This document shows positions 61,728-64,000 of a DNA stretch of 64,000 nucleotides, one piece after another. Positions within the stretch are counted from its first letter, which is position 1. Every line of letters starts with the position of its first letter. The DNA is taken from NCBI GenBank assembly GCA_964270895.1, contig OZ185435.1, one strand, 5' to 3'. Source of the stretch: Podarcis filfolensis (taxonomy: Eukaryota). The notes under the pieces are model-generated. The model saw nothing but the letters and a program-made list of their open reading frames with translations. It ran no database searches and had not been told where the DNA came from. A program made the translations under genes and the position numbers.

Positions 61728-63439
61728 TGCTGCAACAAAACATTGCAGTGTGGAGTGCTCCTGTTCAGTAGCCAGCCATGGTACTTCCAGGTACTCCATT
61801 CTATTTCCCTTGTCCCCTAGATTTTATGTTCCCTCCACAATAGTTGGGTCAATGTTCTGTTGAGAATGTTCATTTCTTGTTAGGCTGTTTTTAGATCCAC
61901 CTGGGCTTTTTCTAAAGAGCTTTTGAACTTCTGCAGATCTTAAGTTGCTTCCTGCTGAAACCTCTCTCTTACATGTGGTTGCTTCTGCTTTGGTTACATA
62001 AGGATTCACACTCAGAATGAGTAAGCTATTAGTCTAGGAGATAATTGTTCTCAATCACAGGATTGGCTTTTATTCATTAGGCTACAAATAAGTACTTGTT
62101 TTTTCTGGATTTTGTATCTGTACTATGTGAGAAGTATTATGTCAAGCAATATTTCATTTAAAACATCTGCCTGTGAGGCTTTAAAACTAAGATAAAATAA
62201 ATTCACAGGTATCTGTAAATTTATTGATAGGAATTGGTGTTTTTTCAAGCATGGGTAGCTATACTTTATAGCAGTTTTTAGATCATTCCTTTCTTTTTTG
62301 GACATCCAATGTGAGAAATAAAACAGACCCGTATAGATGACTCTGTCATGAACAGCAAAGTTGAATTGCTGAATTGTGTCCTTCAAACACTTCCTAAGAA
62401 ATATTGATGTCTGCATGTGAATATGTGGCACAGATGGGGGGCTTGCAACACACATGCGTGCATTGGGGTGGGATAAAAAAAACTTCTATTCAATATTTGA
62501 GTAATAAATACTTTACTGTATAGTTTTAGGATTCTTTCATGGACCACTTTAGGACATGAGAAAAATTAAAATGTGGGGAAGATTTGGTCACAATTGTAGC
62601 CCAGGGAAAAGGTGATTCACTGTAGGAGTTTTGTACCCCCAAAGACTTCAGAATCCCCAAAGATTTTGTAAATGTGAGATTCACCTTCAGCCCCACAGTC
62701 ACATGTTTATTACAGGACAATTGTGTTTACCTAAATATAAAACCATTTGAAAACTTCCAAGCCTAAATGTACAGTAATTTGCAAGCCTTAATTTGATGTA
62801 GACATTTTAGAACTATACAGTGCTTAATTAAAACTGTGCATGCATTTTTCCTAGATGAACACTTTATTTGGTGTAATTGACTTTTTAAAAATAGTGTGTA
62901 TGTAAATGAGCCTATTGATTCTTCTTCATGGCTTCTGTAGCTAGTTTGAGGTCTTTGTGGTGTTTTCTATTAAATTACCATAGCACAGCTCTGAGTACTC
63001 CTTTATATACACAACACATCCATTAGTTTCTATTTGCATTATTAGGTGCTGAAGGTCTGCTAATGTACCCATTAATAGCTATGAACATATTAGACAAAGC
63101 TTTTTTAAAAAAATAAATGTCTGCATGTTGTCTTACTCCTTATAGACACTGCAAAACCTGCATAGAAGGTCATGAATTAAAGGAAAATTAGCCATTTGCA
63201 ATAGCTTTTGGACAATGGCAAATGCAACCCAAAGGCTTAATACACCCCACAAACCCATATCAAAAACCCAGCTAAAAAATGGACAGTAAAATAAACAAAT
63301 TAAGAGAACAAAAAGTATCCAGCTATATCTTTTGACAGAGGTACTTATAAATAGAATGCATGATTGTTCATTACCAGAATTGATACAAGTCACACCAAAA
63401 TCATGAATTACACCCCACAGGTGCTTTCTATGGTTGTTG

Positions 63440-63630
63440 CCCCATGGTCAGATGAAGCCTGAGCAAGAGGCCATTGGTACAACTAGCTCAGCAATGTGTT
63501 TTGCCCTGACTAGCAGTGGATCTCCAGGATGTCTTCCACAGCTCTGCTGCCTGAAACCATTTTAACCAGAGGTGCCACAAATTCCACTTTCAGAATGAAA
63601 AGCATGTGCTTCAGCACTAAGCTACAGCAT
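63440..63630 (-). mobile_element. Degenerate Squam3-like SINE
   Basis: rc gctgtagcttagtgctgaagcacatgcttttc... head and gctagttgtaccaatggcc tail. Confidence 0.5.
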
Positions 63631-64000
63631 CTCTTCAAATATAGGATCTTTGCTCTGCACAATGTCAGCTGGGACATGGCATGCCTGGTCCTAGTCTGTG
63701 TGTAATTCAGTATCTATGGGGAAGAGGGGAGACTCCATTTCAAATCCAGTTTGTGTTCATATTACTCTTTCTTAGAGAAAGCCAGCAGGATCTGTCTGAA
63801 AAAAACAACTATTTGACCTTCTCTCTACAGTTTCATGTCCCCTTCCAAAATATCACTGGGATCCAAGTGTTGCTGCTCAAGAACACCATTGTTTTATGAT
63901 CTAGCAAATATTTAATTAATCTTTACTACACACACAGACTCACAGCTTTACATATTAAACTTGCTAATGTGGTACGAAATCTCTGAATAGTATATAATGG

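Noticed and set aside
1-64000. Most 60-170 aa ORFs in the supplied track
   Set aside because: They are antisense or off-frame readings of TEs and GC-rich MITEs, or chance ORFs with non-ATG starts. They have no recognisable domains.

Overview
Eukaryotic (vertebrate) genomic DNA, almost certainly from a squamate reptile and probably a lacertid lizard. This is inferred from the repeat content: Sauria/Squam1 SINEs, Bov-B, young CR1 and L2 families, and Penelope-like elements. The window is a gene-poor, transposon-rich intronic or intergenic stretch. I recognise no host protein-coding gene; there are only a few low-confidence candidate minus-strand exons. The largest element is a ~4.7-kb L1 insertion (51513-56182) with a 5'-inverted twin-priming structure and a near-intact ORF2, later hit by a solo LTR in codon 7-8 of ORF2. 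Also present: a full-length but inactivated DD34E Tc1 transposon with IR/DR ends (57872-59479), three Bov-B copies, CR1/L2/RTE fragments, two Penelope-like remnants (one with recognisable hammerhead-ribozyme cores), four solo-LTR-like units, four Sauria SINEs, many hAT and Tc1/mariner MITEs with visible TSDs, and a ~75-bp Z-DNA/cruciform-prone microsatellite. No rRNA, tRNA gene or CRISPR array. I did not find a clearly novel biological system; the most notable items are mechanistic retrotransposition structures and candidate ribozyme or regulatory sequences. All family names come from recognition by eye, not database searches.
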